A stretch of DNA of 64,000 bases from a virus, in the IMG/VR virus record IMGVR_UViG_3300010158_000045, positions 1 to 64,000 of that record, one strand, 5' to 3'. How positions within the stretch are numbered: position 1 is the stretch's first letter; every line of letters begins with the position of its first letter. The position numbers and the translations under genes were made by a program. Below the pieces are notes generated by a model. The model had not been told where the DNA came from. It did not search any database and saw only the letters and a list, made by a program, of their open reading frames with translations. This document shows positions 32,189-42,003 of the stretch, in pieces.

Positions 32189-33109
32189 ATGGCCGGCCAA
32201 GGTAATTTAATTGTAGCAAACGATTACAACACAATTCAAGCAAAAATCGCATTAGTTCTTGGAACAGGATCGTCAGATTACGGCTATTGTCAACAAGTAT
32301 TAAGCAGTCAAGTTAACAATCTTAACACCAAAATTACAGTTAATCAATGGAATAATCTTCGTACTGATTTATTATTAGCAAGACAACACCAAACAGGCTC
32401 AGATCAAAGTGGCCAACTAGCATTACCAACTAGTAGCACCACTATCAAGGAAGCAGACAGGTCTGCTTATAACACGTTTGCAGATACTATTCTTACTAAT
32501 AGACTAGTTACACCCCCAGCATCTCAATATTCATTAACTACAGTTCCAACTGTAACTCGAACAAACCCTTGGGCAAGTACAGTTAGTTATACACTAACAT
32601 TAAATTTTCCAGGATATACCAGCGGTTCAACAGTAGTATCTGCAATTAATAATGCTAGAGCATTTTTTAATGCCGGCGGACTAGTAAAATTTAGTGCTAG
32701 TTTTTCAAACTATACAACTGATGGGTCGCGAACAGTAAACGAGTCGTGGGCAACTTTGTTAGCAAACATGGGAACAATTACTTTTGGGGCGCATGCTACT
32801 ACTAACACCGGATCGGGCACTCCACAAGCTAAAGGATTTTTTGATCTTACAACAAGCAATCAATTAATGTTTACCAAACTAGTAGATCCAGCATACACTC
32901 CAACTTATAGTCCTAATCAATACGATTTATATGCAAGATTTGGCGCCACCAATGCGCAAATTATTTTTACTCCAACTTGGAGTTACACAGCCGGCGGTAA
33001 TGTGCTGGAAGCTGCCAGTGGAACTTTATCTAGCGTCTCGCAGATAATAACACCTACTGGTTCAAACGTATCAGTTGGTATTCCAACTTACGTAAACTCA
33101 GCTTTATAA
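32189..33109 (+). CDS. Virion structural protein
   Basis: Thr/Ser-rich beta protein behind a late promoter; ARAFFNAGG motif. Confidence 0.55.
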   Translation: MAGQGNLIVANDYNTIQAKIALVLGTGSSDYGYCQQVLSSQVNNLNTKITVNQWNNLRTDLLLARQHQTGSDQSGQLALPTSSTTIKEADRSAYNTFADTILTNRLVTPPASQYSLTTVPTVTRTNPWASTVSYTLTLNFPGYTSGSTVVSAINNARAFFNAGGLVKFSASFSNYTTDGSRTVNESWATLLANMGTITFGAHATTNTGSGTPQAKGFFDLTTSNQLMFTKLVDPAYTPTYSPNQYDLYARFGATNAQIIFTPTWSYTAGGNVLEAASGTLSSVSQIITPTGSNVSVGIPTYVNSAL

Positions 33110-33120
33110 TATCTAATCTC

Positions 33121-33149
33121 TTGACAAGCTAATTACTGTAGTGTATTAT
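33121..33149 (+). promoter_or_regulatory. Sigma70-type promoter heading the glycosyltransferase cluster
   Basis: TTGACA (33121-33126), 17 nt, TATTAT (33144-33149); GGAG RBS before ATG 33170. Confidence 0.75.
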
Positions 33150-33169
33150 ATACATTACGGAGTTTATCT

Positions 33170-33520
33170 ATGGACGAAAGAATTGAAAAAGCGTTCGAAA
33201 CTGCCAATTATATGGCCACGCTTTCGAATCAAAAAAGAATAATACAAGAAGAATTTAAGCAACAGCTAATATTTTATATTAATGGTAGCACATTTCAAAT
33301 TACAACAGATTTAATTAGTTACATCAAAACTGTAGTTGATCTTGGCAATACAATTGATGTAGTTTTTATTGATAGTAATGGCGTGCCAGTTCTAATAGAT
33401 GATGTACGGAAATTTTTAGATGATATTTCTTCCTGTTATCTTACAGCATGCCATGATTATATTAAAAAATACAATGATATTCGTGTTAAAAGAAAAATTA
33501 AGGATATTATTGAATTATGA
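33170..33520 (+). CDS. Hypothetical protein
   Basis: 116-aa ORF with RBS; overlaps the next gene (ATGA). Confidence 0.7.
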   Translation: MDERIEKAFETANYMATLSNQKRIIQEEFKQQLIFYINGSTFQITTDLISYIKTVVDLGNTIDVVFIDSNGVPVLIDDVRKFLDDISSCYLTACHDYIKKYNDIRVKRKIKDIIEL

Positions 33521-34365
33521 GTATCGGCGCAGTGCTTGTTGCTCAGAATAATTCTACTATTGATTATGTCAAGCTGGCAATTTTTTCTGCCCAGAGAATC
33601 AAAGACTTTTTAGATATTCCAGTTAGCATACTAACTGATAGTCGAGGATATGTAGAATCTCAATATCCCAATCATCCATTCGATCAGATCATAGATATTC
33701 CGTTTGGTGAAAATTTCTCTCAACGTAGATTTAATGATGGGTCTTTAACTAGCAAAATCCTTGAATGGAAAAATTTATCAAGATATCGCACTTATGATTT
33801 AAGCCCATATGATACTACTCTGGTAGTTGATGTAGATTATATAATCAATTCTTCTGTGCTAAAATCTGCGTTATATTTGGACTGTCCTTTACAAATTTAT
33901 TCAAATAGTATGGATATAGCTGAATGGAGAGATTTAACAGAATTTCAACGTATCAATCCTTACAGTATTCCTTTTTATTGGGCTACAGTTTTTATTTTTA
34001 ACAAAGGCGCAATTACAGAATCGTTTTTTATGTTGCTAACACATATTAAAGATAATTGGGATTATTATAGAACTTTGTATTGTGTAACCAGTCCTATGTT
34101 TAGAAACGATATAGCATTTAGTATTGCTATACATATTATGGATGGAAAAACATCGGGAGATTTTGCACAAGAATTGCCAGGAAAAATGATTTATGGTAAA
34201 GACACAGATGTACTGATAAGCATAGAAAATACTACAATGAAATTTTTAATAGAAAAGAAAAATTATCTAGGCGAATATACACTGGCCAAAACTCACGGAC
34301 TTGATGTTCATGTTATGAACAAATTAAGTCTTAGTCGATATATAGACGGAGGCACCGGTGTCTAA
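33517..34365 (+). CDS. GT-A fold glycosyltransferase (GT8-like)
   Basis: YDLSPYDTTLVVDVDY (DxD motif); paralogous to 34358..35203. Confidence 0.7.
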   Translation: MSIGAVLVAQNNSTIDYVKLAIFSAQRIKDFLDIPVSILTDSRGYVESQYPNHPFDQIIDIPFGENFSQRRFNDGSLTSKILEWKNLSRYRTYDLSPYDTTLVVDVDYIINSSVLKSALYLDCPLQIYSNSMDIAEWRDLTEFQRINPYSIPFYWATVFIFNKGAITESFFMLLTHIKDNWDYYRTLYCVTSPMFRNDIAFSIAIHIMDGKTSGDFAQELPGKMIYGKDTDVLISIENTTMKFLIEKKNYLGEYTLAKTHGLDVHVMNKLSLSRYIDGGTGV

Positions 34366-35203
34366 AGGATTTTTAATTTTTGCACAAAATACAGATACTG
34401 TCGATTATGTTGAACAGGCGTATGCACTTGCTTTAAGTATTAAACACAGTCAGCAAACTATTAAGAATATTTCGTTAGTTACTAATTCAAAAGTTCCTAA
34501 AAAATATACTAAAATATTTGATCAAATTATTCCAATTCCGTATTTTAAAAAAATAAAAAACAGCCCGTTACATGCAGAACATAGGTATCAATTATACTCC
34601 GCCACGCCCTATACTGAAACAATAGTTTTAGATAGCGACATGCTATTGTCGGAAGATATAACAGATTGGTGGAACTATTGCAGTAATTACGATGTGCATT
34701 TTTGTAGCCATATTACTAACTACAAATTAGAAACAATAGTAGATACAGTACATCGTAAAACATTTATTGAAAATAACTTGCCTAATGTTTATTATGCATT
34801 ACACTATTTTAAAAAATCGGATACAGCCCGGGAGTTTTATAAAATTCTTGAATTTGTTGTTAATAACTGGGAAGGCTGTTATGGCAGATTTGCTTCCGAA
34901 CATTATCAGGATTGGGTAAGTATGGATGTATCTGCCGCCATTGCTATTAAACTTTCTGGTTTAGAAAATGCCGCGTTTAGTAAATTAAATCCTATGCAAT
35001 TTACTCATATGAAAACACCTATTCAAGGATGGCCTGTTGTTCCTGATAGCTGGCAAACTGCTGTGCCTTGTGTCTTAAATAGCAGTGGAAATCTTGTAGT
35101 AGGCAATATACGTCAACATAAACTATTCCACTATGTTGAAAAACATTTTATTAATAAAAAAATATTATCTAAATTAGAAGGACTATTCAATGAAAAAAAT
35201 TGA
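34358..35203 (+). CDS. GT-A fold glycosyltransferase (GT8-like)
   Basis: TPYTETIVLDSDML (DxD motif), FTHMK, FHY; N-terminus AQN..T.DYV..A shared with the previous gene. Confidence 0.7.
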   Translation: MSKGFLIFAQNTDTVDYVEQAYALALSIKHSQQTIKNISLVTNSKVPKKYTKIFDQIIPIPYFKKIKNSPLHAEHRYQLYSATPYTETIVLDSDMLLSEDITDWWNYCSNYDVHFCSHITNYKLETIVDTVHRKTFIENNLPNVYYALHYFKKSDTAREFYKILEFVVNNWEGCYGRFASEHYQDWVSMDVSAAIAIKLSGLENAAFSKLNPMQFTHMKTPIQGWPVVPDSWQTAVPCVLNSSGNLVVGNIRQHKLFHYVEKHFINKKILSKLEGLFNEKN

Positions 35204-35813
35204 AGACGGTTTGAGTGCTGAGGATCTAGATAATATTGCAAGACTATCTTTTAATCCAATTTATAGATTATATTTTAATCTTGAGTCGGGCGAAATACTA
35301 GCCTTATCCAACGAGGATCGTTCCGAATATGATCATAACATAATTGTTTCTTATGAACAGTACGAAGCATTTATTACAGGCCGAGAGCATTTTAAAGATT
35401 GGTCAGTTATTAACACTAAAAACGGAGTAGAATTAATACAAAAAGTATTTCAAGGACACACATTTAGAAATAACATGTTTGAATGGATTATAGATCCCCC
35501 GACTAAATCTACAGATTTAGTTGTGCATTGGGATGAGTACAAAAAGCATTGGATTTTTATAATTTCAGATAATGCAAGACAACGTTATTACGATAAAAAA
35601 ATAACTACACCTATAGTTAAATTTTTTATTACATTGCAAAACGATTTTGATTTCTTAATAAGAACTATAGAAATTGAACTAAAACTACTAATAGTAGACA
35701 AGGTTATTGTGCCGTTTGAATTTAATTTAGAATCAAAAATAGATCAAATATCGATCAGTTCTAGAACAGTATTTGATAGTTATGGATTGAAAATATGGAA
35801 AATAAAAAAATAA
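35190..35813 (+). CDS. Hypothetical protein in the glycosyltransferase cluster
   Basis: 207-aa ORF overlapping both neighbours. Confidence 0.65.
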   Translation: MKKIEDGLSAEDLDNIARLSFNPIYRLYFNLESGEILALSNEDRSEYDHNIIVSYEQYEAFITGREHFKDWSVINTKNGVELIQKVFQGHTFRNNMFEWIIDPPTKSTDLVVHWDEYKKHWIFIISDNARQRYYDKKITTPIVKFFITLQNDFDFLIRTIEIELKLLIVDKVIVPFEFNLESKIDQISISSRTVFDSYGLKIWKIKK

Positions 35814-36706
35814 AAATTATAGATCAAGACATCGTATTTTTAAGTTACGACGAACCAAACGCTGAAAAAAATTATGCAGATTTGTTAGCAAAGGTTCCTT
35901 GGGCCAAACGTGTGCATGGTGTTAAAGGTAGCGATGCCGCACACAAGGCCTGTGCAAAACTAAGCGAAACAGAATATTTTATTACAGTAGACGGTGATAA
36001 CATTGTTGACCCTAAATTTTTAGAAGTTGAAATAGATTTAGATGAATTAGGTCTTACACCCGACCACGTATTCAGCTGGTGCGGCAATGTTCATGTAAAC
36101 AATCTTATGTACGGAAATGGCGGGCTCAAAATGTGGACACGTCAGTTTGTTAACAAAATGAAAACACATGAAAATTCAGATCCTACAGATACTAAAGGAT
36201 TAGTAGAATTTTGTTTTGATAACAAATACTATCAGTTTAACGAAAATTATAGTGAGAGCTTTACCAATGCAAGTCCGTTTCAAGCCTTTAGAGCAGGATT
36301 TCGGGAAGGTGTTAAAATGAGTTTAGACCAAGGTGCTAAAGTAAAAGATCTTAAAAGTATTTGGTGGCAAAACTATGACAGATTGTTAGTATGGTGTAAC
36401 ATTGGTGCAGATGTTCCTAATGGTGATTGGAGCATTTATGGTGCAAGAGAGGGAGCATACTTGACCAATTGTACTGATTGGGACTATACCAATGTTCGTG
36501 ATTTTGAATATCTAACACAACAGTGGGAAGAAAAATACAGTAAAATTACTGAAGAAATGTTATCTTATGAAATTATGGGATTAGGTGAAACTCTTAAACA
36601 TGAATGTAATTTAGAAATTACAGATATTGATGCTGCCGGAAGTAAATTTTTTAAACGAGTTTTTAACAATAGTCCCCGTATTACAAGGAAAAAACACAAT
36701 GTATGA
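35795..36706 (+). CDS. Putative GT-A fold glycosyltransferase
   Basis: FLSYDEP, RVHGVKG..AAH, ITVDGDN (DxD motif), YGNGGLK, FREGVK. Confidence 0.6.
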   Translation: MENKKIKIIDQDIVFLSYDEPNAEKNYADLLAKVPWAKRVHGVKGSDAAHKACAKLSETEYFITVDGDNIVDPKFLEVEIDLDELGLTPDHVFSWCGNVHVNNLMYGNGGLKMWTRQFVNKMKTHENSDPTDTKGLVEFCFDNKYYQFNENYSESFTNASPFQAFRAGFREGVKMSLDQGAKVKDLKSIWWQNYDRLLVWCNIGADVPNGDWSIYGAREGAYLTNCTDWDYTNVRDFEYLTQQWEEKYSKITEEMLSYEIMGLGETLKHECNLEITDIDAAGSKFFKRVFNNSPRITRKKHNV

Positions 36707-37412
36707 TATTGCATTTATAAGTTATAATGAGCCTAAAGCTACGGATCAATACATACTGTTATTAAAGAATCATACTTATAATAGAATTTTTAGAGTTCAA
36801 AATATTAAAGGTATACATCAAGCTCATATTGAAGCCGCTAAAAAATCAAATACTAATATGTTTTATGTAGTTGATGCAGATGCCAGTATATTACCTAGCT
36901 TTAAATTTGATTTAAAATTAGAAAAAGACGAAGAAGATACTGTGTATGTTTGGAGATCAGTAAACCCTATCAACGGATTAGAATATGGGTATGGTGGAGT
37001 TAAATTATTGCCCAAGCAAATGACTATTGATATGAACACATCTAATGTTGATATGACTACTAGTATCAGCAAGAAATTTAAATCATTTAATAAAATTAGT
37101 AACATAACAGAATTTAATATTGATCCGTTATGTACATGGCGTAGTAGTTTTAGAGAATGTGTTAAATTGTCCAGCAAGAGTATTACTGGACAATTAGATG
37201 CGGAAACTACTGAGCGTTTAAAAATCTGGAGATTCAATCATAGCAAAGCCCCGTTCGCAGAGTATTCTAGGGGCGGCGCAAGCGCAGGAGAATGGTATGG
37301 CTCAACGTATAAAGATGACCCAGAAGCACTGTCTAAGATTAATGATTTTGAATGGCTAGAACATCAGTTCAATGCGCATATTGCACAATTCCCGCCAGAG
37401 TCTTTTAAATAA
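36699..37412 (+). CDS. Putative GT-A fold glycosyltransferase (paralogue of the previous gene)
   Basis: FISYNEP, KGIHQAH, VVDADA (DxD motif), YGYGGVK, FRECVK. Start moved to ATG 36699, which follows AAGGA. Confidence 0.6.
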   Translation: MYDIAFISYNEPKATDQYILLLKNHTYNRIFRVQNIKGIHQAHIEAAKKSNTNMFYVVDADASILPSFKFDLKLEKDEEDTVYVWRSVNPINGLEYGYGGVKLLPKQMTIDMNTSNVDMTTSISKKFKSFNKISNITEFNIDPLCTWRSSFRECVKLSSKSITGQLDAETTERLKIWRFNHSKAPFAEYSRGGASAGEWYGSTYKDDPEALSKINDFEWLEHQFNAHIAQFPPESFK

Positions 37413-38085
37413 GATCGTTTGTTAAAGGAAAGATTTCAGCTATCACTCGAGCACAGGCAATTGCAACTTCTTGATGCTCTTTCTGTGTGCCATTGGCACT
37501 ACGTAATTCAATAAAATGAATCCAGCTACGTAATGTGCCATTCATATATAAACGGCTTTCTGTAAGTCCTTCGGGTAGTACAGCTCGGGCTTGTTCTTTA
37601 GCGATGCCTTTTTCAATAGCCCATGTATAAGCATTTTGGGCTGTTTCAATAACTTTATTTTGCATCTGTTCCCACTGATAAGCAAGGAACCGATCAGCAT
37701 CATCATTTTGAATGTCTAATTCAATTGAGTTTTGTCTGTTCTTTGTATCTTGCTTTCGTGCATCTCTACGTACAAACGACAAGTCTTTAGTAGGGTCAGC
37801 ATATCGCTGACTGAACTCTTGGAAACTAAAACTTCTGTGTCGCAAGATTTGACGGGCAATATCTCGGGTTGTAGTAATTTCGATGCAGGCTGAGACCATT
37901 TCGAGTGGTGACCAGTGCTGGTGTTTGATGAGGTATCGGATGAGTTTTTCGGATGTGTCTGTGTTGAGTTGATTACTTGGATTGGACACACGGGCGCAAT
38001 ACGCAATGAGTTCCTGCGCATCTTTGATGCCCAAATTTGCAAATTCTGGTGTGGGTTGACTGTAGCTAAGTAACTGAACATTCAT
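37405..38085 (-). CDS. thyX: Flavin-dependent thymidylate synthase
   Basis: ThyX motif RHRSFSFQEFSQRY; HWSPLE; KEQARAVLP; LRSWIHFIELR. Confidence 0.97.
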   Translation of the reverse strand: MNVQLLSYSQPTPEFANLGIKDAQELIAYCARVSNPSNQLNTDTSEKLIRYLIKHQHWSPLEMVSACIEITTTRDIARQILRHRSFSFQEFSQRYADPTKDLSFVRRDARKQDTKNRQNSIELDIQNDDADRFLAYQWEQMQNKVIETAQNAYTWAIEKGIAKEQARAVLPEGLTESRLYMNGTLRSWIHFIELRSANGTQKEHQEVAIACARVIAEIFPLTNDLI

Positions 38086-38088
38086 TAT

Positions 38089-38409
38089 TTATAACTTCTT
38101 TTTCTTGAGAAATTTTTGAGTGCTATGTTCAATGTCTTTTTTAACCTTGTGCGTATCTAGTTTAAAATCGACATCCACAATTTCACTCTCGTAGCGTTTA
38201 ACCATTTCGGATAGATTCTTTTCAAAGGCACTCCATCCGTCTTTTTTAACCTGACTTGTTATTTTTATTTCCCAAGTTTTACCATTTCTAAAATTGATCA
38301 ATACTGCATGTACGTAGCCAAGAGGCATCACATTTAGTTTAATATCCCCGAAAACTTCAGGCCAATTTGCTATGACATCTTTGGGAAGTACTTTTCCCGT
38401 TGATGTCAC
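38089..38409 (-). CDS. Hypothetical protein
   Basis: 106-aa ORF packed tightly in the operon. Confidence 0.7.
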   Translation of the reverse strand: MTSTGKVLPKDVIANWPEVFGDIKLNVMPLGYVHAVLINFRNGKTWEIKITSQVKKDGWSAFEKNLSEMVKRYESEIVDVDFKLDTHKVKKDIEHSTQKFLKKKKL

Positions 38410-39005
38410 GATTCAGTAGTTACCTTAGTTTTCTTTGTAGTTGGAACTAATGCTTCTGCTTGACGACGCAATTCAGCCGCTTGCTTGCTTAGACGATCTG
38501 CTTCACTTCGAAATTGTTTTGCTTGAGCTTCCGGAGTTGATGGCACTGTAGCAGTCACAGTTGGAGCGACAGTTTCTGTAACCGGTACGGTCTCAGCCTT
38601 TTTGATTTCTGGAGTGTTTGACTTCAACGACAATTCGTCTACAGCTACACCTCGTTGCTCGGCAATAATTTGATTCAACTCGGATAATATAATAGTATTA
38701 GAGTTAGTCGGAGTCATTTCAATATCGCTAGTGCCAACTTTAATTAATCGGCCTTGTGCATGCAAAGCAGATAACATTGTGCTACCATCGGGAAAAGTTG
38801 AACGAGCCATAACTTCGGCAAACTCGTAAGCATCTTGGCCAGCATTGCTTTCTACCAAATTAATAATTGCATCGTGATATGCATCGGGCAAATTTTCAGT
38901 TGGTACGATTAAACAATTATGTGCATCACCTGGTAATGTGCGATATACTATAATACATTTTTTCTTTGTAGTAGCAACTCTGCCTACGTGTTTAAGTTCG
39001 GCCAT
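38406..39005 (-). CDS. Hypothetical protein with C-terminal coiled coil
   Basis: 199-aa ORF with AAGGA RBS. Confidence 0.75.
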   Translation of the reverse strand: MAELKHVGRVATTKKKCIIVYRTLPGDAHNCLIVPTENLPDAYHDAIINLVESNAGQDAYEFAEVMARSTFPDGSTMLSALHAQGRLIKVGTSDIEMTPTNSNTIILSELNQIIAEQRGVAVDELSLKSNTPEIKKAETVPVTETVAPTVTATVPSTPEAQAKQFRSEADRLSKQAAELRRQAEALVPTTKKTKVTTES

Positions 39006-39009
39006 AATA

Positions 39010-39252
39010 TTATCCTTGTGCTTTTTGAGCTTCGGCTTGCTTTTGTACTTGCTCTAAAAAGTTTGTTAGTTTATTGTAAATCGTACCAACTGCGACCATT
39101 TCGTTTGGTTTGAATGCACCGCGTTGGCTGCCCAAATCAATAATGTTTTTCATTGCGGCCAAGTCATTGATAGTTAAATCATTTGCTTGATCTTGTTGTT
39201 GTGCATCCTGTGCAGGCGCTTGTTCTTGTGTATCTTGTACAGTATCAGTCAT
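39010..39252 (-). CDS. Hypothetical protein
   Basis: 80-aa ORF with AAGGAG RBS. Confidence 0.75.
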   Translation of the reverse strand: MTDTVQDTQEQAPAQDAQQQDQANDLTINDLAAMKNIIDLGSQRGAFKPNEMVAVGTIYNKLTNFLEQVQKQAEAQKAQG

Positions 39253-39292
39253 GTGTATCTCCTTTGAAAAGTACTAATATTAATTATCTTGT

Positions 39293-39571
39293 TTATAAAA
39301 TCGGACAAGCAATCGTGAAAAAACTTAGTTCTTTTTCACTTTCAAAGCCAATTCGTGTATTATATACAATAGTATTTGAACTATCGAGCCCAATGCCCTG
39401 TCCTATGTAGTACCGATTATTTAAGTTCTTACTGATCCACGCATCTAAAGATTTGATTAACGTGGGATTATATCGGTCAATAATTGTGTATTTAAAATGG
39501 GGACAGGCAAAATCAACCCTCCGCAAATTGAAATAATTTAAAGGATTGGCTTTGCCTGCTTTTAGTGTCAT
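39293..39571 (-). CDS. Hypothetical protein
   Basis: 92-aa ORF coupled to the vWA gene stop (ATGA). Confidence 0.65.
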   Translation of the reverse strand: MTLKAGKANPLNYFNLRRVDFACPHFKYTIIDRYNPTLIKSLDAWISKNLNNRYYIGQGIGLDSSNTIVYNTRIGFESEKELSFFTIACPIL

Positions 39572-40752
39572 GCTACTTCTTTAACTTCTTCGTAGTACGC
39601 ATACTCGCCGAATGGAGGAACAATTTTATCATTGCCGTGAATAATAAACACTGTATCACAGTAGTTTTCATCACCCCAGCTACCCCAAGGATAACCGTCT
39701 GTAAACATGATAAACTTCTTAGGATGAATATCATTTTCTTTCATGTAATCCCAGTTAACATCAAACTCTGTTCCGCCACCGCCCATTGGCTCGTAGTAGT
39801 CAAACTCGTCGATGTTATATCCATCAAAATCAGCTTCGTTGTATACTTTAGTGTCAAAGCACCACACTTTAATTTTAAAGTCTTGATACTCTTGCATAAT
39901 ACCTTTGATCTCTGACAAAAAGTCTTTAGCCTGCTCGTCACCGATACTACCTGACATGTCAATGCCTACACAAATATCAATAGTTTCTTGAAATTGTGTA
40001 CCGGGCAAAATAGCGTTCATATGCCAGCCCTTACGATTAGGACGCATAAACGAATAGTCGTTTTTAATAGTACTTTGAATTTGCTGGCGTAAGATCTCAC
40101 GCCAATTCATTTTAGGTTCTGTAAAATCTTTAATCATTCGTTGTACACTTGCAGGAGTATTACCTGCACCTGCGGCATTTGCCGCTTGAATAGTAGCTTC
40201 ACGAATTTCGTCACGAATCTGTTTTAATTCTTCTTTGGTATACTTAGGCTGATTACCCTTGCCGTCTTCGCCCCAATCAATGTGTTCATCCAACAATTGA
40301 CCAAGTGCATTAAGTTCATCTTCGTCCATTTCGTCAAAGATTTTGTCATAGACTTCTTCTGCACCCATACCGTAATATTTAGGGTCATGGAAGATTTTAA
40401 TACCTTCAATATTGTGTTCACCGATACGGTCACGAACTAATTGTCCATTTACACAATAGTCAGCGGCAATATTAAAAATACGTGCGTTACGACCTTCACG
40501 ACGACCCATGTGGTCAAATACGTTGTGTAAAATTTCGTGTGCAATAACAAACTCTACTTGCTTAACACTAAGTGGAGCAAAAAATTCACGATTAAAATAG
40601 ATTGTGCGTCCATCAGTAGCGGCAGTGGGAACCCAATCTGATGCTTCTTGGATTTTTAAACGTGTAGCCATATTGCCGAAAAACGGATGGCGAAGTAGTA
40701 GACCCACACGGGCTACAATAATTTTATCAATAATTGGATCTGCGTTTGACAT
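39568..40752 (-). CDS. vWA-domain putative metallopeptidase (DUF2201-like), MoxR partner
   Basis: TAATDG, HEILH (HExxH), N.A.D..VN, MIDAS DMSGS, GGGT.F, FTDG. Start moved to ATG 40752, which follows AGGAG. Confidence 0.88.
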   Translation of the reverse strand: MSNADPIIDKIIVARVGLLLRHPFFGNMATRLKIQEASDWVPTAATDGRTIYFNREFFAPLSVKQVEFVIAHEILHNVFDHMGRREGRNARIFNIAADYCVNGQLVRDRIGEHNIEGIKIFHDPKYYGMGAEEVYDKIFDEMDEDELNALGQLLDEHIDWGEDGKGNQPKYTKEELKQIRDEIREATIQAANAAGAGNTPASVQRMIKDFTEPKMNWREILRQQIQSTIKNDYSFMRPNRKGWHMNAILPGTQFQETIDICVGIDMSGSIGDEQAKDFLSEIKGIMQEYQDFKIKVWCFDTKVYNEADFDGYNIDEFDYYEPMGGGGTEFDVNWDYMKENDIHPKKFIMFTDGYPWGSWGDENYCDTVFIIHGNDKIVPPFGEYAYYEEVKEVA

Positions 40753-40781
40753 ATTTGCTCCTGATTGTTTACTATGTATAT

Positions 40782-40810
40782 AGTATAACACCTCCCGAAG
40801 GAGGTGTCAA
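40782..40810 (-). promoter_or_regulatory. Sigma70-type promoter whose spacer is a cUUCGg hairpin
   Basis: Minus strand reads TTGACA-CCTCCTTCGGGAGGTGT (17 nt)-TATACT; 8-bp stem at 40788-40795/40800-40807. Confidence 0.8.
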
Positions 40811-40826
40811 ATACAGCTACACCAAA

Positions 40827-41918
40827 TTACTTCTCTGTAGCGGCGCTAATGTACTTACCAAACTTAGCGTGGAAAGCATCGAAACATTTGATCTCGTCTG
40901 GATCTAATGGCAATTTGTAAGTGCTCAATGCCAATTTAGTACCCATAATAACCAATTCTGTTTCAAAATTATCCATGATAAATTGGAAGAAGTTGTTAAC
41001 TTGATCATTCCAATTTTTGGCTTTCTTTTCGCAAGACTCTTTAAGTTCGTAGCACAACGATACAGTCAAAGAATACATAGCACTAATTTCTTTAGTTTTA
41101 AGTTCTTTAATTTTACCGCTCAAAATGTCTGTAGGATTAGGCATTTTGCTTGCGTGTTTACGGTGTGCCATAAACTTAACTGCCAAACCTTCGCCTACAG
41201 AACCTGACACTAAATCAGTTAACGTGTCGTTATCGCAGTCGTCGTCTGTAAGCAATTCGCTTACAAAACTCCAAGAGCGAGGAGTAGCAAACGCACGTGA
41301 GCTAGACTTTGGATCAAAGTCATACAAGTCTTTCTTGCTGAAAGTCAAAAAGCCCACAACATCCTGATGGATCTTGTTGTCTACGGCCCAGCCAAAATAG
41401 TCATCCCAGTCCACTGTCATTTCCAAGTGAACAAAACGATTAGCCAACGGAGCAGGCATACGGAATGTAACGCCTTTATCTGTTTCGCGATTACCAGCCG
41501 CTACCAACATAACGTTGTCGGGCAAGTGATACGTACCTACACGGCGATTCAAAACCAACTGATAGGCAGCCGCTTGTACGCTAGGAGCCGCACTATTCAT
41601 TTCGTCTAAGAACAAAATAATGTGTTTGTGTTTTGCCGCCATTTCTTGTGTTGGCAATTCGTTAGGCGGTGCCCAACGCATAGTATTGTCGTTAGAATCA
41701 AAGTAGGGGATACCTTTAATATCAGTAGGTTCCCAAAGACTTAGCCGTACATCAATTACATGGGCATCAAGTTCGGTACCCAGTTGTTTAATAATATCGG
41801 ATTTACCAATTCCGGGAGGACCCCATAGGAAAATTGGACGTTTGTTTTTAAATGCTTTACGCAGAGACTTTTTTGCACCTTGGGGGCCTACGGTGCGAGT
41901 AGCGAGTTCTGATGCCAT
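40827..41918 (-). CDS. MoxR-family AAA+ ATPase
   Basis: Walker A GPPGIGKS, Walker B LFLDE, AAGN sensor, PLANRF arginine finger, TPRSW. Confidence 0.92.
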   Translation of the reverse strand: MASELATRTVGPQGAKKSLRKAFKNKRPIFLWGPPGIGKSDIIKQLGTELDAHVIDVRLSLWEPTDIKGIPYFDSNDNTMRWAPPNELPTQEMAAKHKHIILFLDEMNSAAPSVQAAAYQLVLNRRVGTYHLPDNVMLVAAGNRETDKGVTFRMPAPLANRFVHLEMTVDWDDYFGWAVDNKIHQDVVGFLTFSKKDLYDFDPKSSSRAFATPRSWSFVSELLTDDDCDNDTLTDLVSGSVGEGLAVKFMAHRKHASKMPNPTDILSGKIKELKTKEISAMYSLTVSLCYELKESCEKKAKNWNDQVNNFFQFIMDNFETELVIMGTKLALSTYKLPLDPDEIKCFDAFHAKFGKYISAATEK

Positions 41919-41974
41919 TTCTTTTCCTATCTTAGTTAAAAATAAATTGTTGTTGATTAACGCTGTATGTATGT

Positions 41975-42003
41975 ATTATACGGCATATAGTGTATCAAGT
42001 CAA
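41975..42003 (-). promoter_or_regulatory. Sigma70-type promoter for the AAA+ gene
   Basis: TTGACT, 17 nt, TATAAT on the minus strand. Confidence 0.8.

Noticed and set aside
37405-37412. Terminator at the convergent strand switch
   Set aside because: The two genes overlap by 8 bp and I found no convincing hairpin with a U-tract.
33170-37412. Host LPS or capsule island, or contamination
   Set aside because: No flippase, polymerase, integrase or boundary repeats. The genes are contiguous with phage genes and use the same promoter style.
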